Source of the DNA: a virus
Taxonomy: Duplodnaviria > Caudoviricetes
DNA: 64,000 nt
IMG/VR virus record: IMGVR_UViG_3300033072_000249
Location: 1-64,000 of that record
Strand: one strand, 5' to 3'
Shown: positions 38,401 through 46,619 of the stretch, in pieces
How positions within the stretch are numbered: position 1 is the first letter of the stretch
Layout: every line of letters starts with the position of its first letter
The notes under the pieces: generated by a model
What the model saw: only the letters and a program-made list of their open reading frames with translations
What the model was told of the DNA's origin: nothing
The model's database searches: none
Made by a program: the position numbers and the translations under genes

Positions 38401-41299
38401 CGAGGAGCCGAAGTTCAAGGAGATCTCCTACGGCTTCAACGTCACCCCTGGCAAGACTCGCGCATCGCCGAAGATGGACACCGAGCTCGCAGGCAAGGTG
38501 GCCAAGAAGTTCGAGCAGCTGATCCTCGAGATCTACGACCGGGCACAGTCTGGCGATAAGAACGCGCAGATCATCGTCGGCCATCAGACCTGGTATCGCA
38601 ACGTGGCCGAGGTGCTGCGCCGTGAGTACGGCGCCACGGGCGACATGCTGGCTGACCTGCTGGGCGCCACGTCGCCCAACACTCCGGTCGACACGAACTG
38701 GAAGTTCTCCATCGACATCATGCGCCGCTTTGTGCGCGGCGACTTCGATGAGCAGCTGGAGAAGTTCTCGCAGTTCGTTGAGCGCGGTGGCGACCCGTCG
38801 AAGTACCCGGCTGCCGACAAGATCCGCCAGATCAGCGGCAAGCTGTACGGCATGAACTCGACCAACGCCATGAAGGCACTGGTCGACATGTGGCGCGTGA
38901 TCGAGCCCGGCCAGGCGCCCAAGGCGCGCAACTTCGCATTGAACCTGATCGGCCAGTCCAATATGGCCACCATCGACGTGTGGGCTGCCCGCATGCTGCG
39001 CCGCGCCGCCAACATGGTGCGTGGCGTCAAGCTGCCTCGCATCCCGCCTGCTGCAGAGACCGGCGTCACCGGCAACTGGAATGCCGATGGCACCAAGGTC
39101 ACCGGCGAGTTCGGCTTCGGTGCCGAGGTCATGCAGATGGTCTCAGATTCGCTGGACAAGCGTGGCATCAAGGTGTCGCCGCCTGACCTCCAGGCCATCG
39201 CCTGGTTTGCTGAGAAGGAGCTCTGGGGTCAGAAGGGCTGGACCACCAAGACCGGCGAGGGTGGCTCCTTCGAGGAAAACATCGAGGCCACACCGGTGGA
39301 GCGCTACCTGGCCGGCTGGAGCATCCAGCAAGGCGAGAAGCGCCCCGATGAAGGCGAGTCCAGCATGGCCCAGGCGCGGGTGATGTCGATGCTGGTTGGC
39401 GACGACACCGTCCTAGCCGCCCGGGTGCTGCCGACCTATGGCCTGTATGGCGGCACCATTGAGGCCTCATTCGATACTGAATGGACTGCCCAGAAGGGCA
39501 AGCACGATCCGACCATGGTGATGGCCGAGATCGCGAAGCTGGCCCAAGAAAACAACCAGTGGGACATCTTCGTGTCTCGTGTGGTACAGCCTGGCGAGGA
39601 CAACCCGAACGCCCGCCCAGGCGTCGAGATCTACTTCCGCGACAGGAAGTCGCTCGACCAGGCCATGCCAGTTTTGGAGCGCTTCACCTCGCGCGGCCAG
39701 GATGGCTTTACAATGGCGGTGGACCCGCGAGCCAAGCGAAAAGGCTTGGACGACCAAGAGTTTATTGGCGTCCGCCTGCAGTACGTGCCCGAGATCTCGA
39801 TGCGCTGGGATGACACTCTCCGCGATGAGATCCTGAAGCCCGGAGCTGCCGACAAGATCCTCGGCGAGAAGCGTCAGCTCCTCCACGAGATCGCGCGCGA
39901 AGTTCGCTCCATGGATGGCGTGGCCTTTGCGGCCATGCAGCAGTACGACACGGTTGTCGTCGGAAAGGAAAGCTACGATGAGTACATTGATCGAGCAACT
40001 GAGGAAGGACGTCAGGGAGCTCGAGCGCAAGCATGGTTCGGACGACCCGTACGTCAAGGACTTGAAGGAGCAGCTGCGCGCCTCCGAGGCGAACGCCGGC
40101 AAGTCGACCGAGGAGGTTTACAAGATGCAGGCGACGCAGTTCAAGCCGACCCTGCCGGACGAGCCGATGCGCGAGCAATTCTCGACGCAGGAGGAGTTCG
40201 ACGAAGCCCGAGCCGGGTGGATGCATCGGGTCGGAAAGATCAAGGCTCTGGGCGCGAAGAAGACGGGAGCCTGAAGGGTTTGCCGCGCGACTTCAAGGTC
40301 GCCGGCATCGACATCCGCGCCAGCCACTGGGCACCCGCCGAGGCTGTAGCGCGCAAGTACATGGAGGGCGCCGGCCTCGAATACCGGCCGCCAACCCAGT
40401 ACGCCAAGGTCGACAAGGAGCGTGCCGCGCGCATCGCTGCCGAGTACGACCGGATGAAGCACGACCCGCAGAACCCCATGGTCAAGGCCGCCTACAAGGC
40501 CCTGGCCAAGGAGACGATCGCCCAATACAAGGCTGTGATCGACAGTGGCCTCGAGGTCGAGTTCATCGACTTTGCCGTCCAGGGAGACCCCTACGCCGCC
40601 AGCCCACGCCTGGCCACCGAGGACGTGCGCAACAACAACCACATGTGGGTGTTCAGCACACGCGATGGCTTTGGCTCCAACGCAGACTTCGACCCTGAGG
40701 ACAATCCGCTCCTGGCAGAGACGGAGTTCATGATCAGTGGCCAGCGCGCCCTGGTGAATGACCTGTTCCGCGTGGTCCACGACTACTTCGGCCACGTCAA
40801 GGAAGGCGTCGGCTTCCGGGCCGACGGCGAGGAAAACACCTGGCGCGCGCACAGCTCGATGTTCAGCCCGCTGGCCCAGCGCGCACTGACCACCGAGACC
40901 CGCGGCCAGAACAGCTGGGTGAACTACGGCCCCCACGGCGAGAAGAACCGCACCGCCTCCGCTGGCGACACGATCTTCGCCGACCAGAAGACCGGGTTGC
41001 TGCCGCTGTGGGTGAGCGAAGAGGGGCGCTACGACGACATCACAAAGTCGCCCGCTCGAGTGGATGACGACGAGATCACCGTTACGATCGGTGACGATGC
41101 GCCGGCCGCGCCGCAAGCCCCCACATCCAAGGACGAGGTGACCGCTCAGGAAGCCAAGGGCAAGAGTGTCACCTACGACGTCGAGGTCGAGGACACCGGC
41201 GAGACCGCCAAGATGACGGTCGACGCTGGCCAAGCCCTGGCCGACTACGACGAGCGGATCGACACCATGAAGAAACTGTTGGAGTGCCTGAAGAAATGA
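32441..41299 (+). CDS. giant polyvalent internal virion protein 1 (2952 aa)
   Basis: Glucosaminidase (QWGLETGWG..NNLGNIK), InPase-like (GNYKK..IENPRGS..HYGEI..DGDRVDVFIG), zincin HELMH, ART-like VYHGT module, HhH-glycosylase-like TIDVW..DLQAIAW, HDYFGH..GEE domain. Confidence 0.92.
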   Translation: MYEDLIVPAGGSLPATTSPSANPAPAGGNVESFVQTYLPLAQKVSEKTGVAPESLLGQWGLETGWGKSVIPGTNNLGNIKDVTRKGPVAVDNMTKSSDSYMAFETPDQFGDHYVGLLGRRYKTAMGAGDDSQKFFTELKRSGYAEDPGYIQKGVNAANMVAKVLGGEGRQMTTVRDPQAAAPAPGGEYFMPQRGVYADLIVPPEPRSFGEAAADTALGAASGVVQGVGLLANVAGADNPVSRGASEISQSLMGMQSPQRQAERAARADTIRAAEETGSTWEEIKANVGGFLEAPVETTLNALGTSAPTILTAFIPGLGQAGAARLILQGALGAAQGAGAVKGSIYESVERKLVESGLSKDEAAKIAAGAQAYDSENGGNIAAGAILGAAAGTTGIEAMLSKAMGGNAAARGLLARAGIGVATEAPVEGAQGGQERYASNVALQNEGFDVPTFQGVAGQAAGEAVASAPGGAAFGALTPPGPVPAPIPPELQPVADKAAEPNSPLSKAAMAGVQTGAAQAALQPAAPQVDPMQRLAELEAIGKDKPAQQVTDEAGNPLTAPGERGRFFTAEEKAEYDQLKALRDSTPGMTPEDRDQVQQAEVSQRDEILERVTEIRELLRVPGALDSLRAEGAPTTVQKFLGDLATAASKSASPAVREQALNRAEMAAEVAGLQLQRRDDMPRSQTNERTGPPTRADQAAGMVTSTAGISADERVEALQAIAAYRNPNLPAGTRQAALNRALEIVGRAQAPRGTPSDRQTPAVLDEIPPQPNTPEWFEAEAKRREEGAWQFRQLGYDDEADALLAEIDPLLEAAASARAGELGMEDSAAEGDGIASPVAQQTVDQATAGLPRAPIAPEDVSRPAEERTAARRKRRGQFRQLADLGFETVERDGDGFVLRNAKTGQAVTLESAADAQLARMAIKDAVDAKAHTAAASPLNDRKEPTEGQIRAGNYKKSDVIEMNGVKVVIENPRGSVRRGVGADGKPWETEMKHHYGEIVGTEGADGDRVDVFIGSRPDSNRIFIVDQVNEDGSFDEHKVVFGATSEADARKTYLDNYEKGWTGLGSIKEMAQPDFVQWVKSRAAKKPASESEIGTFTVTSDGKTYTLRSVAVDGMPAAADSAARGERGQRITKNQALLLKGLAGFFGKDVVFFSDPENKVNADGFIKPGDNVTLYINERSGISPLAVFGHELMHLLKLDNPVAYAAIEKVVRDRVADPKGFRADYEGKKRDDAKDGDLSSAELEELISDLNGNLMGDAAFWKSVFDEIQGAAGKEAKGIIAQLQAFLQRMLDGAVAAFKGQPTFKADGFIKDADAVRAAFRTGLAQWAQSQGITKAAMQGELLRAEKKLGDVKKSTPRPTDGLTVTGYHFSKQPRTLLTTGFFGTGLQGSDREQIMAHPDRRLRERLSFYANKGTGVRPESGVGGIAHKAELTNIYDSDADMKRLKEGRDRRGFESAVINVGYSGYLSRLEGSQPAQVILLGRQTVTPEVLGPRNQIDDAPLVPAKQQRPMNLGDKILANKALPAGKMPPQTWAKILMATMPEEAAQLLDVGALGTKDVYKDELVRMIREASGDIKKSAARAKSEFAEVEAKYKDTDQWLKAPNGAKTNLNQRQWVQVRTPAFKKWFGDWEAAAAKGGVWASNDVSKAVDENGEPLVVYHGTDKGGFSEFKEPGGTKRGDLGIFTTPNRWMASSYVRKGRAGAITEDKLQPQDAEIKDLGFSLPNGNRWVLSLDGGKRQSYYETEEAAQDALESMGGEKTSGVYALFLNIRDPNESDFEGALWSGERPDQYQVRNEDGENIEWDGRIYFDLETAQRLADENEGAEVEPADDRFETTDDVVKDARRYDNDGAIIRNVIDDGGGGGGYDLEPSDVFVALDPSQLKSADFNGGEFSADSDDIRKSEKREYKLDIERESRVKSKAVRMLPEELAAIDADAKKLGLSTVQVKSIIDSAKATKRQYPASEGWAPISVVGVNVKKDDDGNQIAGTEEPKFKEISYGFNVTPGKTRASPKMDTELAGKVAKKFEQLILEIYDRAQSGDKNAQIIVGHQTWYRNVAEVLRREYGATGDMLADLLGATSPNTPVDTNWKFSIDIMRRFVRGDFDEQLEKFSQFVERGGDPSKYPAADKIRQISGKLYGMNSTNAMKALVDMWRVIEPGQAPKARNFALNLIGQSNMATIDVWAARMLRRAANMVRGVKLPRIPPAAETGVTGNWNADGTKVTGEFGFGAEVMQMVSDSLDKRGIKVSPPDLQAIAWFAEKELWGQKGWTTKTGEGGSFEENIEATPVERYLAGWSIQQGEKRPDEGESSMAQARVMSMLVGDDTVLAARVLPTYGLYGGTIEASFDTEWTAQKGKHDPTMVMAEIAKLAQENNQWDIFVSRVVQPGEDNPNARPGVEIYFRDRKSLDQAMPVLERFTSRGQDGFTMAVDPRAKRKGLDDQEFIGVRLQYVPEISMRWDDTLRDEILKPGAADKILGEKRQLLHEIAREVRSMDGVAFAAMQQYDTVVVGKESYDEYIDRATEEGRQGARAQAWFGRPVRQGLEGAAARLRGERRQVDRGGLQDAGDAVQADPAGRADARAILDAGGVRRSPSRVDASGRKDQGSGREEDGSLKGLPRDFKVAGIDIRASHWAPAEAVARKYMEGAGLEYRPPTQYAKVDKERAARIAAEYDRMKHDPQNPMVKAAYKALAKETIAQYKAVIDSGLEVEFIDFAVQGDPYAASPRLATEDVRNNNHMWVFSTRDGFGSNADFDPEDNPLLAETEFMISGQRALVNDLFRVVHDYFGHVKEGVGFRADGEENTWRAHSSMFSPLAQRALTTETRGQNSWVNYGPHGEKNRTASAGDTIFADQKTGLLPLWVSEEGRYDDITKSPARVDDDEITVTIGDDAPAAPQAPTSKDEVTAQEAKGKSVTYDVEVEDTGETAKMTVDAGQALADYDERIDTMKKLLECLKK
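34955..34967. promoter_or_regulatory. CAAC-N5-GTTG site inside giant gene 1
   Basis: CAAC-AAACA-GTTG in a locally AT-richer patch. Confidence 0.4.
39978..40274 (+). CDS. 98-aa gene nested in the +1 frame of giant gene 1
   Basis: GGAAAGGAAAG upstream of ATG; nested frame carries the genome's GC3 bias while the host frame becomes A/T-ending. Confidence 0.8.
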   Translation: MSTLIEQLRKDVRELERKHGSDDPYVKDLKEQLRASEANAGKSTEEVYKMQATQFKPTLPDEPMREQFSTQEEFDEARAGWMHRVGKIKALGAKKTGA

Positions 41300-41706
41300 A
41301 GCGCAAAGTCAAGTCAGCATCCGACCTGAAGCGCCTGGCACTTCAGACCGGCGCGTCCGTCGAGATGGGTGGCGGCCGCTTCAACACCAGCATGGAGCGC
41401 GCGCGGCCTGAGCCCACAACTCCACCGCCGCCTCCCGTTGTGGTCGTCGCGCCCGTTGAGGCTCCGCAGCCTGCGCCGGCCCCGCAGCCGATCAGTCACA
41501 CCGAGCAGATCCAGGTCAACCTGGACATGGGCCCCGTGGCCGATGCCGTCAACAAGGGGAACGAGCGCATCACCGAGGTGATCACCGAATCCCTGAAGCA
41601 GTTGCATGTTCCAGCCCAGGGCCAGAAGCCGTGCAGCTGGATCTTCACCATCAAGCGCGACACCAGGGGCTTCATTGAGTCCGTGGAAGCCGCTCCAAAA
41701 CAGTGA
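41296..41706 (+). CDS. hypothetical protein with Pro-rich linker
   Basis: ATGA coupling to giant gene 1. Confidence 0.75.
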   Translation: MKRKVKSASDLKRLALQTGASVEMGGGRFNTSMERARPEPTTPPPPPVVVVAPVEAPQPAPAPQPISHTEQIQVNLDMGPVADAVNKGNERITEVITESLKQLHVPAQGQKPCSWIFTIKRDTRGFIESVEAAPKQ

Positions 41707-41744
41707 CTTGGCGGTAGAATCCGCCCGAAATTTTTGAGAGGTCA

Positions 41745-41954
41745 ATGATGCTGCAGGCAATCACTGGGACGCTGGCGCTGATCGATGTGAACACGGAGTC
41801 TCCCAAGGTCTTCTGGCGCGGCAGTCAGCTCGCCGTCCAGGCGGTCTCCGTCGTCGAGCGGAAGGTTTTTCTGCGTGTGAAGCGCGGCACCTTCCCGGTT
41901 GACTTGATCGCAGACCTGCGGTCCAACGAGGTTGAAGTTCGGGAGGTTGCATGA
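41745..41954 (+). CDS. small hypothetical protein
   Basis: GAGAGG RBS; TAGAAT at 41715-41720 upstream. Confidence 0.65.
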   Translation: MMLQAITGTLALIDVNTESPKVFWRGSQLAVQAVSVVERKVFLRVKRGTFPVDLIADLRSNEVEVREVA

Positions 41955-42184
41955 GCACATTTCTTTTGATCGTCCCAGATGGCTGGAGCGAGATGGCCGA
42001 CGCGCAAGCGTTTGTTGATCTGCACACCGAAGCCCAGTTGCTCGACTTGCTCAGCTACGGCAACCTCGCAGCAATCGAGGCCATGCTGCAGGACGGCGGC
42101 GTGATCGCACCGGACGCAGCCATGGCCGACTTCCGCATGTTCCGCGATGGCGATGTCTACCGCGTCTGGTATCGGGTGGGATAA
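41951..42184 (+). CDS. small hypothetical protein
   Basis: GGAGG RBS, ATGA coupling. Confidence 0.7.
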   Translation: MSTFLLIVPDGWSEMADAQAFVDLHTEAQLLDLLSYGNLAAIEAMLQDGGVIAPDAAMADFRMFRDGDVYRVWYRVG

Positions 42185-44464
42185 GTGCCGGCAATTCGTG
42201 ATGCCACTTTTGCCTATGAGTCGGTGACGACAGATGGGGGTCTGACGATCCCCATGTGCGCCTACGAGGCGGGCGACCTGCTGTTTGCATTTCTTGTTGG
42301 CGACACCGGCACGCCAACCGTTGGGACCACCGGAAGTCCTGCTGCCTGGAATCAGTTATTCCAGCGCGTCAACACTTGTTCGCTGACTGTTTTGTGGCGC
42401 TACGCCACGGCGAGCGAGCCAGATCTCGTTATGACAGCCTCCGTCAACGAGACATACTCCGGCTGCCTCGTTGCTGTGCGAGATGTCTTCCAGGGCTACA
42501 CCAGTGGCTCGCCGCCAGTATTTTCGCAGACAACGTCAACCGGCACAAAGATCGCACTCCCAACGATCACCACCACCACCAACGACTCGCTGGTGCTTGC
42601 GGTAATTTCGAGTGCAGCAGCTTCGTCATTCTCGTTTGTCGAGGACGCCCTGCAAGACCTGATTAAGGTCGACGGCGCGGCCGAGGGTCTTGGCGTTGGC
42701 TGGTTCTTCAAGAAGGTGGCTGGGCTTACGACGGCCTACAACGCAGCCTCTATGTCAAGCCAGGCCGGCGGCAAGGCTGTGATTGAGGTTCGAGCACCTG
42801 CTGGTGGAGCGGCTGTCATCCCCGCCTACCCGGTTTCCGACAGCTCCATCTTCTTGAGTCCATCCCCGGGCATTGCTTACGACGGCAACACGGCCATCGC
42901 GGCGACGGCGGATACAAACTTTGGCACCAGCATTGGCGGCAAGACATGCAATGATGCAACTGTGACCGCCGCGGTCGCAGACATTGGCATCGACAGGGAT
43001 GCCTTTCAGTCTTTCGCTGGCGTAACCAATGCCGCCTCAACGACCGCCATCTCTGGCGCAGAGGCTGTTGTTGCTGCCTCCAGGTACAACGTCGGGAGTC
43101 GCAACATCCTGTGCCACTTCCGGCACGCGGCTCCATCATCGAATCAGCGCCTTTCGCCAATCTCATCAGGCCGAGGCATCTGGTTTGGCATGCGCTCCGG
43201 CGCAACTGCTGGCACGAACTGGAAGGTGTGGCAGGTGCATGGCGCTGATGCTCCAATGCCGCCAGGCAACACGCGCCCCATCATCATCAATGCCGCAAGC
43301 ACGGACACGATCGCAACCTCTGGGGCTCTCTCGAGCTCAGATGTCCAGGCTTATGGATTCTGGGTTTCCGGTCTTGGCGCCCTCACAAACCAAGCCGCCT
43401 TCGGACCCATGTGGGCCATGGATACCACGGTGCTTTCTGGCGGCGTCGCAGATGAGCCGGTTGATGTTCCATCGATTGTGCAGGCCGCAGCACTCAACAA
43501 GGTGCGCTACTCCTCGCAACTGCAGGGTGCAAACCAAATGCTGTGTCTTCAGGCCATCCAGTTTGGCGACGGCGGAACCAACCCAATCTATCTCAAGGTC
43601 AATGGCGCGGCCGTCGAGTTCCCGAGCAAGAAGAACACGGCAAAGAAGCTGGTCAACTACAACGGAACAGATGACTCGATTGGCTGGACCTTCTACCCAG
43701 GAGCATCGGATACCATTGACTTGGCGGGAACGGCCTTTGCATCGGCGTCAAAGTACCACTGGCGCGTTCACCCCAGCGCCTCAGCCAGCGCGACCTACAA
43801 CTTCAGCGGCGTAGCACTCAACGGCGCAGGCGATGTTCAGTTGCGCGCCGTGACCACGTTCTCCGGCATGAGCTTCAACGGATGCCCGACGATCACGACA
43901 AACGGCGCCGCCATCAGTGGCTGCTCCTTCAGTGATTCGACGGCACTGTGCGCCAGCCCAGCCGCAGCGGCGGCAATCAGCGACAGCGATTTCACCAGTG
44001 GCGGGGCCGGTCACGCCATCCAGATCGGCGGCACGGCAGCCAACATCACACTCAGTGGCTTGACGTTCTCCGGCTACGCAAGCGCCAACGGATCGACCGG
44101 CAACGAGGCCATCTACGTCAATATCGCCAGTGGCACGGTGAACATCACAATCAGCGGCGGTGACACGCCGAGCATCCGCACTGCCGGCGCGACGGTGAAT
44201 GTGATCTCCGGTGCAACGGTGACCTTCACCGGCCTGCCGGTCGGGACCGACATCGTCATCCTGACTGCGGGCACGTCGACCATCCTGCAGCAGGTGGATC
44301 AGCACCCGAGCTCCAGCTACCCATGGGGCTACTCGGGTACGCCGACCGTTGATGTTGGCTTCCTGAAGCCAGGCTTCAAGCCGCGCTACCTTCGCAACCT
44401 GGCGCTTGGCGCCTCTGATTCCTCAATCCCCGTCGAGCTTCAGGCCGACCTTGCCTATCAGTAA
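42185..44464 (+). CDS. large beta-rich structural/adhesin-like protein
   Basis: 759 aa Ala/Gly/Ser/Thr-rich; beta-helix-like repeats in the C-terminal third. Confidence 0.75.
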   Translation: MPAIRDATFAYESVTTDGGLTIPMCAYEAGDLLFAFLVGDTGTPTVGTTGSPAAWNQLFQRVNTCSLTVLWRYATASEPDLVMTASVNETYSGCLVAVRDVFQGYTSGSPPVFSQTTSTGTKIALPTITTTTNDSLVLAVISSAAASSFSFVEDALQDLIKVDGAAEGLGVGWFFKKVAGLTTAYNAASMSSQAGGKAVIEVRAPAGGAAVIPAYPVSDSSIFLSPSPGIAYDGNTAIAATADTNFGTSIGGKTCNDATVTAAVADIGIDRDAFQSFAGVTNAASTTAISGAEAVVAASRYNVGSRNILCHFRHAAPSSNQRLSPISSGRGIWFGMRSGATAGTNWKVWQVHGADAPMPPGNTRPIIINAASTDTIATSGALSSSDVQAYGFWVSGLGALTNQAAFGPMWAMDTTVLSGGVADEPVDVPSIVQAAALNKVRYSSQLQGANQMLCLQAIQFGDGGTNPIYLKVNGAAVEFPSKKNTAKKLVNYNGTDDSIGWTFYPGASDTIDLAGTAFASASKYHWRVHPSASASATYNFSGVALNGAGDVQLRAVTTFSGMSFNGCPTITTNGAAISGCSFSDSTALCASPAAAAAISDSDFTSGGAGHAIQIGGTAANITLSGLTFSGYASANGSTGNEAIYVNIASGTVNITISGGDTPSIRTAGATVNVISGATVTFTGLPVGTDIVILTAGTSTILQQVDQHPSSSYPWGYSGTPTVDVGFLKPGFKPRYLRNLALGASDSSIPVELQADLAYQ

Positions 44465-44476
44465 AGGACCAGCACC

Positions 44477-45853
44477 ATGGCCAAACTTACCAGCAAAGCC
44501 TCACTCAACGTAGGCACCGAAATCGTCATCGACGAGAGCGCCAAGACGATCCAGCTGGTCGCCGCCGGCAACCTCGTCGCCAAGGATGGCGTCACCCTCC
44601 AGGCCGTCTACTCGAAGCTGGTGGACCTGTGGGCCACTGCGAGCTACCAGGACAGCCCGTTCCCGATGTACGCCATCGACGCGCTGTCGGGCCAGTTCCA
44701 GATCGGCACGGACGGCGCGACATTCTCCGGCTGGACCTGGCTGAACGACACGACGCGCAACATGCTGCGCGATGGCGGCTGGTCGGAATACTCCGCCGCC
44801 GGCGTTCTGCTGCGCCAGTACGCAGGCTTCGTCGGCCTGGGCTCTGTGAGCTCCGGAGCGCAGCCCTACTACCACCTGGCCACCACCGACGCGCCTACCA
44901 ACTTCCCCTTCACCGACCAGTTCAACGCTGGCGTGCAGGTGTACGGCGACGCGACCAATGGCAACTTCGACAAGCGCACCTACGCCAAGACGTTCGTGCG
45001 CGAGTATGGCAAGAAATTCAAGTCGTCCGTCCTGGCTGACACCGGCGCTACCGGCACCGGCGCCAACAAGGTCAACTTCCTGATCTCGAACGAAGACGAC
45101 CTGAAGATCACCAACCTACTGGGCACCGACCAGGGCGCAGCCGATGCGGCCATGTCAACCGGCGTCTACGCCGGCATCACCATCGCCTACTACAGCGCGA
45201 ACCAGACCCGCACCATTGCCGGCGTCTCGCGCAACTTCAAGATCATCATCGAGGGCAACGGCGGCACCCTGGAGCAGATCTACGCGAAGGTGCAGTACCT
45301 GCTTCGCCAGAACAGCAACATCAACACCGGCGGCACGGCCGGTTCGGTGACCGGGAAAACCGCCGATGACCTGCTGACCTTCGTGGGTGACACGCTGGAG
45401 ACGGCCACCTCCGTCTACATCGACGACGTCTTGTCGGCCGACTCCAACCGCGTCAAGTTCAAAGACGACGGCGGCACCTTCCGTGAGAACCTATTCGAGG
45501 CCGCCGGCACGATCACCTTCAACGCGCCGCTGGTTGGCGCTGGCTCCAGCTACCGCCTGATGTTCAGCGCCCCTCCGGGCGCCGGAAACGACTACGGCGA
45601 GGCGGGCGCCATCACCGTCAACAACGCGGCCGGCACGCCGATCGCCGGCACCATCAGCTCGTCGAGCATCGCATTCACCTACGACTACGACGGCAATACC
45701 CAGGGCGGGTTCTCCGCCGGCACGGAGCGCCCTGTGACGCTTATCGGCATCCGTCCTGGGTCTGGCAAGTTTGTGGTTGCCACCGGCACGCTGACCCGCA
45801 GTAAGAGCATCTCCCTGTCCTTGGTGGCAGAGCAGGACCGCGTTTACGCATAA
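44477..45853 (+). CDS. putative structural protein
   Basis: AAGGA RBS; strong codon bias; DGVTLQAVYSKL..FPM motif. Confidence 0.75.
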   Translation: MAKLTSKASLNVGTEIVIDESAKTIQLVAAGNLVAKDGVTLQAVYSKLVDLWATASYQDSPFPMYAIDALSGQFQIGTDGATFSGWTWLNDTTRNMLRDGGWSEYSAAGVLLRQYAGFVGLGSVSSGAQPYYHLATTDAPTNFPFTDQFNAGVQVYGDATNGNFDKRTYAKTFVREYGKKFKSSVLADTGATGTGANKVNFLISNEDDLKITNLLGTDQGAADAAMSTGVYAGITIAYYSANQTRTIAGVSRNFKIIIEGNGGTLEQIYAKVQYLLRQNSNINTGGTAGSVTGKTADDLLTFVGDTLETATSVYIDDVLSADSNRVKFKDDGGTFRENLFEAAGTITFNAPLVGAGSSYRLMFSAPPGAGNDYGEAGAITVNNAAGTPIAGTISSSSIAFTYDYDGNTQGGFSAGTERPVTLIGIRPGSGKFVVATGTLTRSKSISLSLVAEQDRVYA

Positions 45854-45856
45854 CCG

Positions 45857-46372
45857 ATGGCCATCTCGATCGACCCGGCGGCCAAGAGGATCGTGCTGGA
45901 CAGCACGTCCGTGTCCGCGACCGCAATTTACGCTGCATGGGTGGACTGGGTCGCGACATCGGACAATGCGAAATACCTGCCGGCGTTTCGCTCTGTGGGT
46001 GGCGATGATCTCGGTGATGGCATCTCGATCCCGCCCTACTACTTCCTACTGAACGGCTGGCGCGTCAGGCCCATGGAGGCCGATCAGACCCTGGTCATCA
46101 CGGGCAACCTATTCGTTGATGGCGGCGGAGATCCCATTGTTCCAACGCTGGGGTCGTTCAATGTCCTCGTGAAGTCCGTTGTTCCGGTGCAGGCTCAGGG
46201 CATCAGCACGAGCGGGTCCACTGGGCCGAGCGCTGAGAGCATTGCTGCCGCCGTTCTGGCATCGCTGCAGGCCACACGCCTGCCGGTCAACACCGTCGAG
46301 ATGAACGGCGCCGACGTCATCGGCAATGGATCTGAGGCTGATCCGTGGCGGGGCGCAGGTGTTCTCCCATAA
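45857..46372 (+). CDS. putative structural protein
   Basis: IYAAWVDW..NAKYLPAFRSVGGD..YFLLNGWR motif. Confidence 0.75.
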   Translation: MAISIDPAAKRIVLDSTSVSATAIYAAWVDWVATSDNAKYLPAFRSVGGDDLGDGISIPPYYFLLNGWRVRPMEADQTLVITGNLFVDGGGDPIVPTLGSFNVLVKSVVPVQAQGISTSGSTGPSAESIAAAVLASLQATRLPVNTVEMNGADVIGNGSEADPWRGAGVLP

Positions 46373-46619
46373 GTCGTTCAGTCGGAAGTCGTTCGCGCCT
46401 GAATCCTGGGCGCCGTTCACCATCGTCCTGCCGCCGGCTCCACCCCCGGAGATTGTTGGCACCGGTGGCGGCGCCGCAGCTGGCGTGGCCGGCTACAAAC
46501 TTCCATCTGCACTCGAGTACGAAAGCGACATTCGAGCTGAGATAATCCGAGAAGACGAAGAAATCCTGACGGTCATCATGAGTGCCGTCACAAGTGGAGC
46601 ATTGAAATGGGTGCATTGA
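46359..46619 (+). CDS. small hypothetical protein
   Basis: Likely GTG start 46359; overlaps both neighbours. Confidence 0.6.
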   Translation: MFSHKSFSRKSFAPESWAPFTIVLPPAPPPEIVGTGGGAAAGVAGYKLPSALEYESDIRAEIIREDEEILTVIMSAVTSGALKWVH

